Origin: Cryomorphaceae bacterium
Lineage (GTDB): Bacteria; Bacteroidota; Bacteroidia; Flavobacteriales; Schleiferiaceae
DNA: 64,000 nt
NCBI GenBank assembly: GCA_002682945.1
Contig: NYSL01000018.1
Coordinates: 1,570 to 65,569 of the forward strand
Reading direction: 5' to 3'
Of this stretch, positions 12,007 through 24,121 are shown piece after piece. The translations under genes were made by a program, and so were the position numbers. Below the pieces are notes generated by a model. The model searched no databases. It had not been told where the DNA came from and saw only the letters and a program-made list of their open reading frames with translations. The first letter of the stretch is position 1. Every line of letters begins with the position of its first letter.

Positions 12007-12432
12007 TTAAGAGTTAGTAACTAAGTCTCTGCGTGTAACTAATTTTGTCTTGACCGGTAATTTTTGAGCTGCCAATCTTAAAGCTTCAACTGCTACTTCC
12101 TTTGAAACACCGTCACACTCAAATAAAATCCTTCCTGGCCTCACTACAGCTGCCCAATATTCAACTGATCCTTTACCCTTTCCCATTCGTACTTCTAAAG
12201 GCTTTTTAGTAATCGGCTTATCTGGAAAAACTCTAATCCATAATTGACCTTCACGTTTCATATATCGAGTTGCCGCAATACGCGCAGCTTCGATTTGTCT
12301 GGCAGTCATCCATACCTCTTGCATAGATTTAATACCATAAGCCCCGAAAGCCAAAGTTGCACCTCGTTGAGCGTTACCTTTCATCCTTCCTTTGAAGGTC
12401 TTTCGAAATTTTGTCTTTTTAGGTTGTAACAT
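12007..12432 (-). CDS. rplP: 50S ribosomal protein L16
   Basis: [19 protein letters not shown]..., 141 aa. Confidence 0.97.
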   Translation of the reverse strand: MLQPKKTKFRKTFKGRMKGNAQRGATLAFGAYGIKSMQEVWMTARQIEAARIAATRYMKREGQLWIRVFPDKPITKKPLEVRMGKGKGSVEYWAAVVRPGRILFECDGVSKEVAVEALRLAAQKLPVKTKLVTRRDLVTNS

Positions 12433-12445
12433 ATCTCCTTATGAA

Positions 12446-13207
12446 TTATGCTTTTCTATTATTGCGCCTATCATTGTTGTTTCTTCGATCACCTCCATTT
12501 GAACGGCCCTTGGAATTTCCTCCACCAGGAGCACCAGGTTTTAATCTGCTTGAAATACCAAGAACATTATTTAGGTCACGCTTACCATAAACCTCCCCTT
12601 TCATTATCCAAACTTTAACACCTATTCTCCCATAGGTAGTATGAGCCTCTGACCAATGATAGTCTATATCTGCACGAAACGTATGCAAAGGTGTGCGTCC
12701 ATCCTTAAACTTTTCCGAGCGAGCTATTTCAGCACCATTCAGCCTTCCACTCAATTGAACTTTAATACCTTCAGCACCCATTCTCATCGTCGAACCGATA
12801 CTCATTTTTACCGCTCTTCGAAAAGAAATACGCCCCTCGATTTGCCGAGCAATAGAGTCGGCGACAAGTTTTGCATCAAGTTCCGGTCTTTTTATTTCGT
12901 GAATATTGAGCTGAACATCTTTTTTTGTAAGTTTCTTTAATTCTTCCCGAAGTTTTTCAACTTCAGAGCCCCCTTTTCCGATAATTACGCCGGGACGAGC
13001 AGTAGCAATGGTTACAGTAACCAGCTTTAAAGTGCGTTCTATAATTATTCTAGAAACATTTGCGCGAGACAGACGTGCGTGTAAATATTTTCGAATTGCA
13101 GCATCTTCAGCTAATCTATCACCATAATTTCTACCACCAAACCAGTTAGAATCCCATCCACGGATGAAACCTAATCGATTACCAATTGGATTTGCTTTTT
13201 GGCCCAT
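12446..13207 (-). CDS. rpsC: 30S ribosomal protein S3
   Basis: [13 protein letters not shown]..., a KH domain, and a basic Gly/Asn/Arg-rich C-terminus. Confidence 0.96.
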   Translation of the reverse strand: MGQKANPIGNRLGFIRGWDSNWFGGRNYGDRLAEDAAIRKYLHARLSRANVSRIIIERTLKLVTVTIATARPGVIIGKGGSEVEKLREELKKLTKKDVQLNIHEIKRPELDAKLVADSIARQIEGRISFRRAVKMSIGSTMRMGAEGIKVQLSGRLNGAEIARSEKFKDGRTPLHTFRADIDYHWSEAHTTYGRIGVKVWIMKGEVYGKRDLNNVLGISSRLKPGAPGGGNSKGRSNGGDRRNNNDRRNNRKA

Positions 13208-13644
13208 TATTTAACTTCTTTAACTTCGGTTAGACTTGAATTATCGACGATGTGCGCTTCACCAACAACTAGAGTAACGTGATTTGATCGCTTTCTGATT
13301 CGGTGAGCACGGCCTTGTGGAGCTGGCTGAACGCGCTTAAGCATTCGTCCGCTATCAACACTAATGGTTTGGACAATTAATTCTTTTTCATCCATTGAGA
13401 CACCTTCATTTTTTGATTCCCAATTACTCAAGGCAGAAACAAGTAATTTTTCCAGTCTTATAGACGCCTCTTTTCCATTGTTTTTCAAAGCAAATAAAGC
13501 CTTTGAAACTTCCATTCCTCTAATCATATCGGCAACCAATCGCATTTTTCTGGGAGAGGTTGGACAATTGTTAAGCTTTGCAGAGGCAATATTTTTTCTA
13601 GCCGCTTTTAACTCCGTTGCCTTATTTTGTTTACGAGAACCCAT
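13207..13644 (-). CDS. rplV: 50S ribosomal protein L22
   Basis: 145 aa, ...[14 protein letters not shown]... Confidence 0.95.
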   Translation of the reverse strand: MGSRKQNKATELKAARKNIASAKLNNCPTSPRKMRLVADMIRGMEVSKALFALKNNGKEASIRLEKLLVSALSNWESKNEGVSMDEKELIVQTISVDSGRMLKRVQPAPQGRAHRIRKRSNHVTLVVGEAHIVDNSSLTEVKEVK

Positions 13645-13647
13645 AAT

Positions 13648-13926
13648 TTATTTTTTACCCTTATCTTTTTTTCCAGCATGACCTCGAAAGGTTCGTGTTG
13701 GAGAAAATTCACCTAATTTGTGTCCGACCATGTTTTCAGTAATGTATACGGGAACAAAAGTTTTTCCATTATGGACAGCTATTGTTTGTCCAACAAAATC
13801 CGGACTAATCATGGAAGCCCGAGACCAAGTTTTAATAACACTTTTTTTACTCGAGGCTGAGTTTTCAATCACTCGTTTCTCCAGCTTAAAGTTTATAAAA
13901 GGTCCTTTCTTTAATGATCTTGCCAT
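13648..13926 (-). CDS. rpsS: 30S ribosomal protein S19
   Basis: [10 protein letters not shown]...[16 protein letters not shown]. Confidence 0.97.
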   Translation of the reverse strand: MARSLKKGPFINFKLEKRVIENSASSKKSVIKTWSRASMISPDFVGQTIAVHNGKTFVPVYITENMVGHKLGEFSPTRTFRGHAGKKDKGKK

Positions 13927-13929
13927 AAG

Positions 13930-14754
13930 TTATTTTTTCCTTTTTTCAATTATGTAACGATTACTTTCTTTTTGTTTTGCTCGTGTTTTGAAACCTTTTG
14001 CTGGAATACTGTTACGAGATCTTGGATGACCCCCAGAAGCCCTACCTTCACCACCGCCCATAGGGTGATCAATCGGGTTCATAGCAACACCTCGCGTTCT
14101 GGGGCGTCGGCCAAGCCACCTGCTGCGACCAGCTTTACCTCCAACAATTTGAGCATGATCGCTGTTGGAAACTACTCCAACTGTAGCCATACATTCAATT
14201 AAAATCATTCGGGTTTCACCTGAGGGCATTTTCAATGTAGCATACTTACCATCACGAGCAGCTAGTTGAGCAAAGGAACCTGCAGAACGTGAGATAACGC
14301 CTCCCTGACCAGGTCTTAATTCTATGTTGTGAACGGTCGTTCCTAAAGGTAAATCAGATAGTTTTAAAGAATTTCCTAACTCAGGGGCAGCATTGGGTCC
14401 TGAAACAATTTTTTGACCTATTTGAAGCCCATCAGGCGCAATAATGTAACGCTTTTCTCCATCCGCATAAACAACTAAAGCGATGAAAGCCGACCGATTG
14501 GGATCATATTCTATTGACTTTACAGATGCCGGAATACCAAACTTTTCGCGTTTGAAGTCAATGGTACGATAACGTTTTTTTGAGCCACCACCGAGGTAGC
14601 GCATTGTCATTTTTCCTGTATTATTGCGACCACCGCTTCGTTTTTTAGGCTTTGTTAAAGACTTTTCAGGTGCAATTGCCGTAACGCCAACATAATCATT
14701 GACAACACGGAAACGCTGACCTGGAGTAATTGCTTTTAATTTTCGAACACCCAT
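13930..14754 (-). CDS. rplB: 50S ribosomal protein L2
   Basis: 274 aa, ...HPMGGGEGR.. Confidence 0.97.
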   Translation of the reverse strand: MGVRKLKAITPGQRFRVVNDYVGVTAIAPEKSLTKPKKRSGGRNNTGKMTMRYLGGGSKKRYRTIDFKREKFGIPASVKSIEYDPNRSAFIALVVYADGEKRYIIAPDGLQIGQKIVSGPNAAPELGNSLKLSDLPLGTTVHNIELRPGQGGVISRSAGSFAQLAARDGKYATLKMPSGETRMILIECMATVGVVSNSDHAQIVGGKAGRSRWLGRRPRTRGVAMNPIDHPMGGGEGRASGGHPRSRNSIPAKGFKTRAKQKESNRYIIEKRKK

Positions 14755-14759
14755 TTTAA

Positions 14760-15053
14760 CTATAGATTAGAATAAAAATCAATGGACTCTCCACCTCTAA
14801 CATCAACAACTGCTTTTTTGTAGGCTGGTTTATTACCCGATAAAGTACCAGCTTTTGTGTAGCGAACAACTTTTTTCGCAGGAACGATGTGCGTACGAAC
14901 ATTTTCAACATTCACGTTGTATGCTTCCTCGACTGCCTTCTTAATCTCAACTTTATTAGCTTTTCTTGAAACAACAAAAGTGTACCTATTCATCGTTTCT
15001 GAATCTGCAGATGCTTTTTCGGTTATTACAGGTCGAATCAATATACTTTTCAT
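14760..15053 (-). CDS. rplW: 50S ribosomal protein L23
   Basis: 97 aa, [11 protein letters not shown]... Confidence 0.95.
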   Translation of the reverse strand: MKSILIRPVITEKASADSETMNRYTFVVSRKANKVEIKKAVEEAYNVNVENVRTHIVPAKKVVRYTKAGTLSGNKPAYKKAVVDVRGGESIDFYSNL

Positions 15054-15685
15054 TATTTCGTCATTAATGCCGTTTCAATTTTCTCTATTGCGCCCTCAAC
15101 AAGGATCAAGGTGCCTGCATTTAGAATAGAATAAGTATTTAATTCTGAAGCAGTTACAACATTTGAGCCCTCAAAATTGCGGGATGACAAATATACATTT
15201 TTATCTGGCTCGGGCAACACAACCGTACATTTCTTTTCTGAAAAACCTAACGCACCTAAAAAAGCACTATATTCTTTCGTCTTGGGTTCTTTAATCGAAA
15301 TTTTATCAATTACAAAGATCTGGTCTTCTGCAGCCATCATACTCAGCGCAGATTTCCTAGCAACGGTTTTGAGCTTCTTATTCAACTTGAAGCCATATTC
15401 ATGCGGTCTTGGACCAAAGACTGTACCCCCTCCACGATATAAGGGAGATCTCATACTTCCATGTCTCGCACCACCAGTACCTTTTTGCTTGTGAAGTTTT
15501 TTAGTAGTTCTAGAAATTTCTGAACGCTCTTTTGCTTTGTGCGTTCCTTGTCGCTGGTTTGCCAAATATTGTTTAACATCTAAATAAACCGCATGCTCAT
15601 TAGGGTCAACTTTAAATACACTATCACTTAGCGCAGCTTTTCTACCTAAATCTTTTCCTTTTTGGCTAAAAATATTTACTTCCAT
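15053..15685 (-). CDS. rplD: 50S ribosomal protein L4
   Basis: 210 aa, ...KQKGTGGARHGS.RSP..RGGG..FGP. Confidence 0.96.
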   Translation of the reverse strand: MEVNIFSQKGKDLGRKAALSDSVFKVDPNEHAVYLDVKQYLANQRQGTHKAKERSEISRTTKKLHKQKGTGGARHGSMRSPLYRGGGTVFGPRPHEYGFKLNKKLKTVARKSALSMMAAEDQIFVIDKISIKEPKTKEYSAFLGALGFSEKKCTVVLPEPDKNVYLSSRNFEGSNVVTASELNTYSILNAGTLILVEGAIEKIETALMTK

Positions 15686-16299
15686 TATTTCTCTACAATT
15701 AATAGTGACTGCTTTGCACCAGGGACAGAACCCTTGACAATCAAAAGATTTTGATCCGAGTCAACTTTTAAAACTTGTAGGTTTTGAATTTTGACTCTTT
15801 CATTCCCCATTCTTCCGCCCATTCGAGTCCCCTTAAAAACTCTTGATGGATCTGAACCGGCTCCAATCGAACCAGGAGCTCTTAATCTATTATGCTGTCC
15901 GTGAGTAGCCTGACCAACTCCAGCAAAACCATGTCTTTTCACAACACCTTGAAATCCTTTTCCTTTTGAAGTTCCAGCAACATCCACATATTCTCCTTCT
16001 ACGAACATATCAACTGTCAATGTATCCCCCAAAGACACTTCATTTTCATCAAAATCACAAAACTCAAAGTGATTTTTATGAGGCTCGGATTTCGACTTTT
16101 TGGCATGCCCTATTTCAGATTTAATTGGGCGCTTTTTCGCTCCAAAAGCTATCTGCACAGCAGCGTAACCATCGACATCTTTTGTTTTAATTTGGGTCAC
16201 TAAACAGGGTCCCAATTCGATGACCGTACAAGGATAGTTTTTTCCATCCTTGTCAAAGATGCTGGTCATTCCGATTTTCTTGCCAATTAGTCCAGGCAT
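15685..16299 (-). CDS. rplC: 50S ribosomal protein L3
   Basis: [16 protein letters not shown]..., 204 aa. Confidence 0.97.
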   Translation of the reverse strand: MPGLIGKKIGMTSIFDKDGKNYPCTVIELGPCLVTQIKTKDVDGYAAVQIAFGAKKRPIKSEIGHAKKSKSEPHKNHFEFCDFDENEVSLGDTLTVDMFVEGEYVDVAGTSKGKGFQGVVKRHGFAGVGQATHGQHNRLRAPGSIGAGSDPSRVFKGTRMGGRMGNERVKIQNLQVLKVDSDQNLLIVKGSVPGAKQSLLIVEK

Positions 16300-16317
16300 G
16301 ATATTTACGGTTATGAG

Positions 16318-16623
16318 TTAAACTTTAATTTCTACTTCTACACCACTAGGCAATTCCAACTTCATCAAAGCATCAATTGTCTTACTGGAAGATGAATATA
16401 TATCCAGAAGGCGCTTGAAGCTGGAGAGTTCAAACTGCTCGCGTGCTTTCTTATTTACATGAGGCGAACGAAGAACAGTGTAGATGCGCTTGTTCGTTGG
16501 AAGAGGAATAGGTCCATTAATGACGGCCCCAGTACTCTTTACTGTCTTTACAATTTTTTCCGCGCTCTTATCGACCAGCATATGATCGTAAGACTTTAAT
16601 TTTATTCGAATTTTTTGACTCAT
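16318..16623 (-). CDS. rpsJ: 30S ribosomal protein S10
   Basis: [14 protein letters not shown]..., 101 aa. Confidence 0.97.
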   Translation of the reverse strand: MSQKIRIKLKSYDHMLVDKSAEKIVKTVKSTGAVINGPIPLPTNKRIYTVLRSPHVNKKAREQFELSSFKRLLDIYSSSSKTIDALMKLELPSGVEVEIKV

Positions 16624-16640
16624 TACTCAACAATAAAAAA

Positions 16641-18773
16641 TTATTTACTTCCTTTTACATTCTCAATGACTTCTTCAGAAATACCCTTCGGGGTTTCAGC
16701 ATAGTGACTGAATTCCATTGATGAACTACCCCTCCCTGAGGTTATCGTTCTAAGAGTGGTAACATAACCAAACATTTCGCTCAGTGGGACTTTAGCGTGA
16801 ACAACAGAGTCTCCATCTTTAGTATCCATTCCTTCAACCATTCCTCTTCTCTTGTTTAAGTCCCCAACGACATCACCCATTGAGGTTTCTGGCATAACAA
16901 CCTCCATTTTCATTAATGGCTCAAGAATCATAGGTTTAGCTTTTCTTGCAGCTTCTCTAAAACCTAGCTTTGCGGCTAACTCAAAAGATAAAGAGTCAGA
17001 GTCAACTGGATGAAAGGAGCCGTCCTCTAAGGTAACTTTCATGGAATCAACACTGTAACCAGCAAGTGGTCCATTGGACATAGCATCCTTAAAACCCTTC
17101 TCAACCGCAGGAATAAACTCTCTTGGGATATTCCCGCCTTTAATTTTGTTAATGAATTGTAAGCCACCTGCTTCAAAGTCTTCATCAGCAGGACCGATTT
17201 TGAAATCAATATCCGCAAACTTACCACGACCCCCTGTTTGCTTTTTGTATTGCTCTCTATGCCCTGTTTCAGCAGTAAGGGCCTCTTTGTATTGAACTTG
17301 AGGTGCCCCCTGGTTACATTCAACTTTAAACTCTCTTCGCATTCTATCTACTAGGATATCTAGATGAAGCTCTCCCATTCCAGAAATAACAGTTTGTCCG
17401 GTTTCTTCGTCAGTAGCGACTCTAAAAGTGGGGTCTTCTTCTGCTAATTTTGCCAAGGCAACACCCATTTTATCCATGTCAGCTTGGGTCTTTGGCTCTA
17501 CAGCTAAACCAATTACCGGGTCTGGAAAAGTCATAGATTCGAGGACAATTGGGCGCTTTTCATCACATAAAGTATCACCAGTTCGAATATCCTTAAACCC
17601 AACACCAGCGCCAATATCACCAGCCTCTATTGAATCAATCGGATTCTGCTTGTTTGAGTGCATTTGAAAGATTCTGGAAATTCTTTCTTTTTTATCAGTT
17701 CTTATATTTTTAACGTATGAACCAGCGTCTGTCTTGCCAGAATATACACGAAAAAAACACAATCGTCCAACGAAAGGATCCGTAGCAATTTTAAAGGCCA
17801 AGGCTGAAAAAGGTTCTTTAGAGTCTGGTTTACGCATTTCTTCTTCTCCTGTGTCAGGATTTGTTCCTGCAATAGCTTCCACATCCAAAGGTGATGGCAT
17901 GAACGACATTACGGCATCTAGCATGGTTTGAACTCCTTTATTTTTGAATGCTGAACCACATAAAACTGGGGTTATCTTTTGAGAAATTGTAGCTTTCCTG
18001 ATTGCCGAAACTAATTCTTCGCTCGTAATTTCATCTGGATTATCGAAAAACTTTTCCAGAAGTGAGTCATCAAATTCCGCAACAGACTCAACAAGTTTCT
18101 CTCGATACTCGCTCACTGTCGCCTTAAGATCCTCGGGAATATCAATCTCTTTAAAAGTCATTCCTTGAGTTTCATCATCCCAGATAATTGCTTTATTTTC
18201 GAGAAGATCAACCACTCCTCTAAAATCAGCTTCTGAACCAATGGGGATCTGCAGAGGAACCGGATGACCCTTTAGTTTTTCATCAATTTGTTTTACAACA
18301 CTGAAAAAATCAGCACCGGTCCGATCCATTTTATTTACGAAAGCAATTCTAGGAACACTGTATTTGGTGGCCTGCCTCCAAACTGTCTCTGTTTGTGGCT
18401 GGACACCTCCCACGGCACATAATAATGCCACAGCACCATCTAAAACTCTTAAAGACCTCTCAACTTCTACAGTGAAATCTACGTGCCCAGGAGTATCAAT
18501 AATATTGATTTTGTACTCTTCTGTATTCGATAAATCTTTTCCTTGGTTTGTTGGAAATCTCCAAAAACAAGTGGTCGCAGCAGAAGTGATTGTAATCCCA
18601 CGTTCTTGCTCTTGTACCATCCAATCCATAGTTGCTGCACCGTCATGTACTTCTCCTATCTTATGGGATACCCCCGTGTAGTACAAAATTCGTTCTGTTG
18701 TGGTAGTTTTTCCCGCATCAATGTGGGCCATAATACCAATGTTCCTTGTGAATTTAAGATCGCGTGATGACAT
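16641..18773 (-). CDS. fusA: Elongation factor G
   Basis: 710 aa with the G1 motif AHIDAGKTT, then DTPGHVDF and NKMD. Confidence 0.98.
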   Translation of the reverse strand: MSSRDLKFTRNIGIMAHIDAGKTTTTERILYYTGVSHKIGEVHDGAATMDWMVQEQERGITITSAATTCFWRFPTNQGKDLSNTEEYKINIIDTPGHVDFTVEVERSLRVLDGAVALLCAVGGVQPQTETVWRQATKYSVPRIAFVNKMDRTGADFFSVVKQIDEKLKGHPVPLQIPIGSEADFRGVVDLLENKAIIWDDETQGMTFKEIDIPEDLKATVSEYREKLVESVAEFDDSLLEKFFDNPDEITSEELVSAIRKATISQKITPVLCGSAFKNKGVQTMLDAVMSFMPSPLDVEAIAGTNPDTGEEEMRKPDSKEPFSALAFKIATDPFVGRLCFFRVYSGKTDAGSYVKNIRTDKKERISRIFQMHSNKQNPIDSIEAGDIGAGVGFKDIRTGDTLCDEKRPIVLESMTFPDPVIGLAVEPKTQADMDKMGVALAKLAEEDPTFRVATDEETGQTVISGMGELHLDILVDRMRREFKVECNQGAPQVQYKEALTAETGHREQYKKQTGGRGKFADIDFKIGPADEDFEAGGLQFINKIKGGNIPREFIPAVEKGFKDAMSNGPLAGYSVDSMKVTLEDGSFHPVDSDSLSFELAAKLGFREAARKAKPMILEPLMKMEVVMPETSMGDVVGDLNKRRGMVEGMDTKDGDSVVHAKVPLSEMFGYVTTLRTITSGRGSSSMEFSHYAETPKGISEEVIENVKGSK

Positions 18774-18785
18774 TATAGAAAATAT

Positions 18786-19256
18786 TTAGAATCGGAAATG
18801 AGAGAATGCTTTATTCGCTTCGGCCATACGATGCACGTCCATACGCTTTTTAACTGCAGCTCCCTCTTCCTTTGCAGCAGCCATAATTTCTGCTGCTAGC
18901 TTAGCAGCCATGCTTTTTTCATTTCTCGCTCGAGAGTAACCAATTAGCCACTTCATAGCCATCGAAATCTTTCGCTCGGGTCTTATTTGTTGTGGTATTT
19001 GAAATGTTGAACCACCAACTCGTCGACTTCTTACCTCAACATGCGGCATGACATTAGTTAGTGCTGTTTTCCATTGCTCAAGGCCATTAGCTTCTTCAGC
19101 CTTTTCAGAGATTATATCAATTGCATCATAAAATATTGAATATGACGTAGATTTTTTTCCGTCAAACATTAAGTTATTTACAAAACGTGTCACCAAAGGA
19201 TCATTAAATTTTGGATCCGGCAATAATGGGCGCTTCTTCGCACGAGTCTTTCTCAT
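18786..19256 (-). CDS. rpsG: 30S ribosomal protein S7
   Basis: [19 protein letters not shown]..., 156 aa. Confidence 0.97.
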   Translation of the reverse strand: MRKTRAKKRPLLPDPKFNDPLVTRFVNNLMFDGKKSTSYSIFYDAIDIISEKAEEANGLEQWKTALTNVMPHVEVRSRRVGGSTFQIPQQIRPERKISMAMKWLIGYSRARNEKSMAAKLAAEIMAAAKEEGAAVKKRMDVHRMAEANKAFSHFRF

Positions 19257-19262
19257 TTCTGT

Positions 19263-19643
19263 TTATTTTTTAGCTTTTGGACGTTTAGTACCGTACTTTG
19301 AACGACGTTGCATTCTTCCACTTACTCCTGCAGCATCTAATGCTCCACGAACGATATGGTATCTAACGCCAGGAAGATCTTTAACTCGACCTCCACGGAC
19401 CAAGACTATCGAGTGCTCCTGAAGATTATGACCCTCGCCTCCAATGTATGCATTTACCTCATTACCATTGGTTAACCTTACCCTTGCAACTTTTCTCATT
19501 GCCGAGTTAGGTTTCTTTGGAGTAGTTGTATAGACTCGAGTGCATACCCCTCGTCGTTGAGGACAAGAATCAAGTGCTGCTGACTTACTCTTCTTTTCTA
19601 ATTTTACTCGTCCTTTCCGGACTAGTTGATTGATAGTTGGCAT
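19263..19643 (-). CDS. rpsL: 30S ribosomal protein S12
   Basis: [12 protein letters not shown]...PKKPNSA.RK, 126 aa. Confidence 0.98.
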   Translation of the reverse strand: MPTINQLVRKGRVKLEKKSKSAALDSCPQRRGVCTRVYTTTPKKPNSAMRKVARVRLTNGNEVNAYIGGEGHNLQEHSIVLVRGGRVKDLPGVRYHIVRGALDAAGVSGRMQRRSKYGTKRPKAKK

Positions 19644-19701
19644 TATCTAATTGTTTTGGTTTTCGTCGCTACAATATTTTACCCTTGTTTTTAAGGGACT
19701 G

Positions 19702-19731
19702 CAAATGTAAATCTTTTTATCTAACTATCAA
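19702..19731 (-). promoter_or_regulatory. Candidate Bacteroidota sigma-A promoter for the rpsL operon (TTG-N19-TACATTTG)
   Basis: On the minus strand, TACATTTG (plus-strand CAAATGTA at 19702-19709) matches the -7 consensus TAnnTTTG. A TTG (plus-strand CAA at 19729-19731) lies 19 nt upstream of it. The motif is ~55 nt upstream of the rpsL ATG. Confidence 0.4.
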
Positions 19732-19798
19732 CTCCGATTTTTGATACATTTTTAAACTTTTTACGAGCCCTCATAAAACATACCTTTGAAACCTTCAT

Positions 19799-22135
19799 AT
19801 GGCTAATTATTTAAAAGCTTTAAATCCGGTTCAACTAAAGGCCGTCAAATGTACTTTAGGACCAGTAATGGTTATTGCTGGAGCTGGCTCAGGAAAAACG
19901 CGCGTTTTAACCTATAGAATAGCTCATTTAATGGAATCTGGAGTAGATCCTTTCAATATTTTATCATTGACTTTCACTAATAAAGCGGCGAAAGAGATGA
20001 AAGAGAGAGTTGAAAAACTTATTCATGACTCTGATGCAAAAAATCTATGGATGGGAACATTTCATTCAGTTTTTGCAAAAATCCTAAGAATTGAAGGACA
20101 CCGATTAGGTTTTCCCTCGAATTTTACAATTTATGATGCTGAGGATTCAAAAAAAGTAATCAGCGATGTTATAAAGGAACTTGGGCTTGATAAGGAAATC
20201 TACAAAGCAAAAAATTTATCCAGTCGTATCTCGACCTATAAAAACAACTTGATAACGCCTAAAATATATTCAGGAAGGACAGAACTTCAAGAAAGTGATT
20301 CAGCTGCTCGAATACCAAAACTGGGTGTAATCTATTCTTTATACATGGAGAAATGCTTTCGATCTGGAGCTATGGATTTTGATGATTTACTGGTGAAAAC
20401 AAATGAACTTTTTATAAAATTTCCAGAAATTCTCTTAAAATATCAAGAACGATTTAAATATATTCTTGTTGACGAATATCAAGACACCAATCATTCTCAG
20501 TATTTAATTGTCAAAGCTTTGGCAAGTAGGTATGAAAATATTTGTGTAGTAGGAGATGATGCGCAGAGCATTTATGCGTTTAGAGGAGCAAATATTCGAA
20601 ATATTTTGAATTTTCAAAAAGATTATGATCAAGCCAAGCTTTTCAAACTTGAGCAAAATTATAGAAGTACTGAGCACATAGTCAAAGCTGCAAATTCGTT
20701 AATAAAAAAAAATAAAGATCAATTAGAAAAAAATATTTGGACATCAAATCCTCAGGGAGATAAAATAATCATTCATAAAAGTGTAAGTGATTCAGATGAA
20801 GGGAATTATGCAGCCAAAACAATTTGGGAAAAAAATATAAAAGAGCATATACCCTTTGATAATTTTGCAATTCTATATCGAACAAACGCCCAATCTAGAG
20901 CATTTGAAGACTCATTAAGAAGAAAAAATATTCCTTATCGAATTTTTGGCGGACTTTCTTTTTATCAAAGAAAAGAAGTCAAAGATATAATCTCTTATTT
21001 AAGGTTAATTGCAAATCAAAAAGATGATGAGGCATTTAAACGAATAATCAATCTCCCGGCGCGTGGAATAGGTGAAACAACCTTAGCTAGGCTCAAAATT
21101 GCTGCCAATGAGCACGAAACATCTTTGTGGGAGGCAGCAATAAACTCAGCTAACTGGGGAATAAAGATAAATAAACCCACGATAGATAAGCTTTTAGCTT
21201 TTTGCGACCTAATTAAAAGTTACAAGATCATTTCTCTTGAAAAAAATGCTTTTGAACTTGTAGAAAATGTAGCGCGAACGAGTGGGATTATTAAATTCTT
21301 AAGTGATGACAAAACTCCTGAAGGGGTTATGCGATATGAAAATGTTCAAGAACTTCTGAATGGAATCAAAAATTTTGTAGAAGAACAGGAGCAAATAGAG
21401 AATGGAAATCCAAGCATTGAATATTTCTTGGAGGATATTGCTTTGATAACCGAAGCTGATCGCAATCAAAAAGATGACCGCCCAAAAGTAAACCTAATGA
21501 CCATTCACCTCGCAAAAGGTCTAGAATTTGAAAATGTTTTTATAGTAGGAATGGAAGAAAACCTTTTCCCATCAATGATGAGTTTGGGTTCGAGAGATGA
21601 CCTTGAGGAAGAAAGAAGGCTTTTTTATGTAGCGATCACAAGGGCTAAGAAAAGTGCATTCCTGACTTATTCTCATATTAGATATCGATGGGGTAAGCTA
21701 ATTGATTGCGAACCCAGTAGATTTCTTGAGGAGCTAGATGAGAAACATTTAAATATTGACATTCCAAATTACGTTCCCAATCATTTAGCACATGAAAAAA
21801 TGACTACATTTAATGTAACTTCGAAGAATTCAAAAACTAACAGTTATCAACAGAAAAAGCGACAAGAAAAAACCTCTATACCAAATAATTCTGTAAAATT
21901 CAGGAGACCCCATAACCTAAAGCCTATTCAAAAGAATCATAAATTAGATAGTCCTTTTAATCAAGTAAACTCATCTTTAGTCTCGGGGAATAGGGTTATT
22001 CATGATCGTTTTGGTTCAGGGACAATTAAAGAAATATCAGGAGAAAACATGGATCAAAAAGCAACTATCATTTTTGATAATGTTGGTGAAAAAAAGTTAC
22101 TATTAAAGTTTGCTAAATTAGAATTAATAAAATAA
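19799..22135 (+). CDS. ATP-dependent DNA helicase, UvrD/PcrA family
   Basis: 778 aa with Walker A AGAGSGKTRVLT, DEYQDTN, and a C-terminal UvrD-like Tudor tail (VIHDRFGSGTI). Confidence 0.93.
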   Translation: MANYLKALNPVQLKAVKCTLGPVMVIAGAGSGKTRVLTYRIAHLMESGVDPFNILSLTFTNKAAKEMKERVEKLIHDSDAKNLWMGTFHSVFAKILRIEGHRLGFPSNFTIYDAEDSKKVISDVIKELGLDKEIYKAKNLSSRISTYKNNLITPKIYSGRTELQESDSAARIPKLGVIYSLYMEKCFRSGAMDFDDLLVKTNELFIKFPEILLKYQERFKYILVDEYQDTNHSQYLIVKALASRYENICVVGDDAQSIYAFRGANIRNILNFQKDYDQAKLFKLEQNYRSTEHIVKAANSLIKKNKDQLEKNIWTSNPQGDKIIIHKSVSDSDEGNYAAKTIWEKNIKEHIPFDNFAILYRTNAQSRAFEDSLRRKNIPYRIFGGLSFYQRKEVKDIISYLRLIANQKDDEAFKRIINLPARGIGETTLARLKIAANEHETSLWEAAINSANWGIKINKPTIDKLLAFCDLIKSYKIISLEKNAFELVENVARTSGIIKFLSDDKTPEGVMRYENVQELLNGIKNFVEEQEQIENGNPSIEYFLEDIALITEADRNQKDDRPKVNLMTIHLAKGLEFENVFIVGMEENLFPSMMSLGSRDDLEEERRLFYVAITRAKKSAFLTYSHIRYRWGKLIDCEPSRFLEELDEKHLNIDIPNYVPNHLAHEKMTTFNVTSKNSKTNSYQQKKRQEKTSIPNNSVKFRRPHNLKPIQKNHKLDSPFNQVNSSLVSGNRVIHDRFGSGTIKEISGENMDQKATIIFDNVGEKKLLLKFAKLELIK

Positions 22136-22821
22136 TGGATACTGAAAAAATTGCGGCCCTTTCATTAGACTATAATACCGATAGAGAGCACCTAATCATG
22201 CCAGAATATGGCCGACATGTTCAATCAATGATCGAATATTGTTTATCAATCACTGAAAAAAATCATAGAACAAAAGTAGCTCATACAATTGTTGATATTA
22301 TTGGTAATTTAAATCCCAAATTAAGGGATAGTGAAGATTATAAACATAAGCTTTGGGACCACCTCCTTGTGATGTCAAATTTTAATTTAGATGTCAATAG
22401 CCCATACCCAATAATGACCAAAGAAAAATTAAGCCAACGTCCAGATAATGTTGCGTATCCTAAAAAAAGTCGTACACATCGATATTATGGAAATGTTTTA
22501 CAAAATATGATTCATACTGTGGCTCAGTTGCCCAAAAGCTCAGAAAGAGATATTATGGAGTTTGACATAGCGAATCAGATGAAACGGGCATATCTATCTT
22601 GGAATAAAGATTATGTTGATGACTCAGTAATTTTCTCTGAATTAAAAATCCTATCTGGTGGGAAATTAGGATTAACCCCATCGCTCTTAACAGTCGCGAA
22701 AGGAGTGAAATCTCAAAATGCACCGCTAAATACAAAATCAAAAAAGAAAAAAAAGCCTCAATTCAAAAGAAAAGGAAATTACTCATCAAGGACTAAATCC
22801 AATCATAGTGGGAAGTTTTAA
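22135..22821 (+). CDS. DUF4290-like conserved protein of unknown function
   Basis: 228 aa. The N-terminal LDYNTDREHLIMPEYGRHVQSMIEY block and the position immediately upstream of murA are typical of the Bacteroidota DUF4290 family (recalled from memory, not searched). The tail is Lys-rich. Confidence 0.7.
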   Translation: MDTEKIAALSLDYNTDREHLIMPEYGRHVQSMIEYCLSITEKNHRTKVAHTIVDIIGNLNPKLRDSEDYKHKLWDHLLVMSNFNLDVNSPYPIMTKEKLSQRPDNVAYPKKSRTHRYYGNVLQNMIHTVAQLPKSSERDIMEFDIANQMKRAYLSWNKDYVDDSVIFSELKILSGGKLGLTPSLLTVAKGVKSQNAPLNTKSKKKKKPQFKRKGNYSSRTKSNHSGKF

Positions 22822-24121
22822 AATAACTGGTGGAAAGAAATTAAAAGGAGAGATAAGCCCTCAAGGTGCAAAAAATGAAGTGCTTCAGATTCTTTGTGCA
22901 GTATTACTTACCAAAGATGAAGTTAGAATTTCCAACATTCCAGACATTTTAGACGTAAATAAGCTAATAGAAATTTTATCTGATTTTGGGGTCATTGTTT
23001 CTAATATTTCTCCAGGAGAATATTCTTTTTGTGCAGAAAATATAGATTTAAAATTTTTAAAATCAGAGAAATATAAGAAAAAAGGTTCTTCTCTGAGAGG
23101 CTCAATAATGTTAGTAGGACCTTTACTCGCTCGTTTTGGAATGGGATTTATTCCGAAGCCCGGTGGGGACAAAATCGGAAGAAGAAGATTAGATACACAT
23201 TTTTTAGGTTTGATGAAATTAGGCGCCAAATTTAAATTTGAGCAAGATTCTAATTTTTATGGTGTGGAAGCACCAGAAGAAGGACTGAAAGGAGCATATA
23301 TACTTTTAGATGAGGCCTCTGTTACTGGAACAGCGAATATTCTTATGACTGCAGTTCTCACCCCGGGTAAAACCATAATATATAATGCAGCTTGTGAACC
23401 ATACCTTCAACAACTTTGTCATATGCTCATTAGAATGGGAGCAAATATTAAAGGCGTCGGAAGTAATCTTTTAGAGGTTGAAGGAGTCTCTTCACTAAAT
23501 GGAACCTCGCACAAATGTCTTCCTGATATGATTGAAATAGGAAGTTGGATCGGACTCGCCGCAATGACAGAAAGTGAAATAACGATTAAAAATGCGGGTG
23601 TAAAATATTTGGGAATTATTCCTGATATTTTCAAGAAACTTGGAATTGATTTAAAAGTCATTGGAGATGATATTTTTATACCTAGTCAAAGAAATTATAC
23701 GATCGAATCTTATTTTGATGGGTCAATGGCGACAATAAGTGATGCACCTTGGCCAGGATTTACTCCGGATTTACTTAGTATAATACTCGTTACTGCAACT
23801 CAGGCAAAAGGCTCTGTATTAATTCATCAAAAAATGTTTGAAAGCAGGTTGTTTTTTGTTGATAAACTAATCGACATGGGAGCTCAAATTATTTTATGCG
23901 ACCCACATCGAGCAACTGTAATTGGGTTAGACAAGAAATTTCCTTTAAAATCAACTACCATGACCTCCCCAGACATTCGCGCTGGCATAGCTCTGTTAAT
24001 TGCTGCTTTAAGTGCTGAAGGAACAAGCACAATTCACAATATCGAACAAATTGACAGAGGTTACGAAAAAATAGACATTAAACTTCAAGAGCTTGGCGCC
24101 GATATCCAAAGGGTTAGCTAA
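22808..24121 (+). CDS. murA: UDP-N-acetylglucosamine 1-carboxyvinyltransferase
   Basis: 437 aa with a GTG start, ...[16 protein letters not shown]..., and the EPSP-synthase/MurA fold length. Confidence 0.95.
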   Translation: MGSFKITGGKKLKGEISPQGAKNEVLQILCAVLLTKDEVRISNIPDILDVNKLIEILSDFGVIVSNISPGEYSFCAENIDLKFLKSEKYKKKGSSLRGSIMLVGPLLARFGMGFIPKPGGDKIGRRRLDTHFLGLMKLGAKFKFEQDSNFYGVEAPEEGLKGAYILLDEASVTGTANILMTAVLTPGKTIIYNAACEPYLQQLCHMLIRMGANIKGVGSNLLEVEGVSSLNGTSHKCLPDMIEIGSWIGLAAMTESEITIKNAGVKYLGIIPDIFKKLGIDLKVIGDDIFIPSQRNYTIESYFDGSMATISDAPWPGFTPDLLSIILVTATQAKGSVLIHQKMFESRLFFVDKLIDMGAQIILCDPHRATVIGLDKKFPLKSTTMTSPDIRAGIALLIAALSAEGTSTIHNIEQIDRGYEKIDIKLQELGADIQRVS

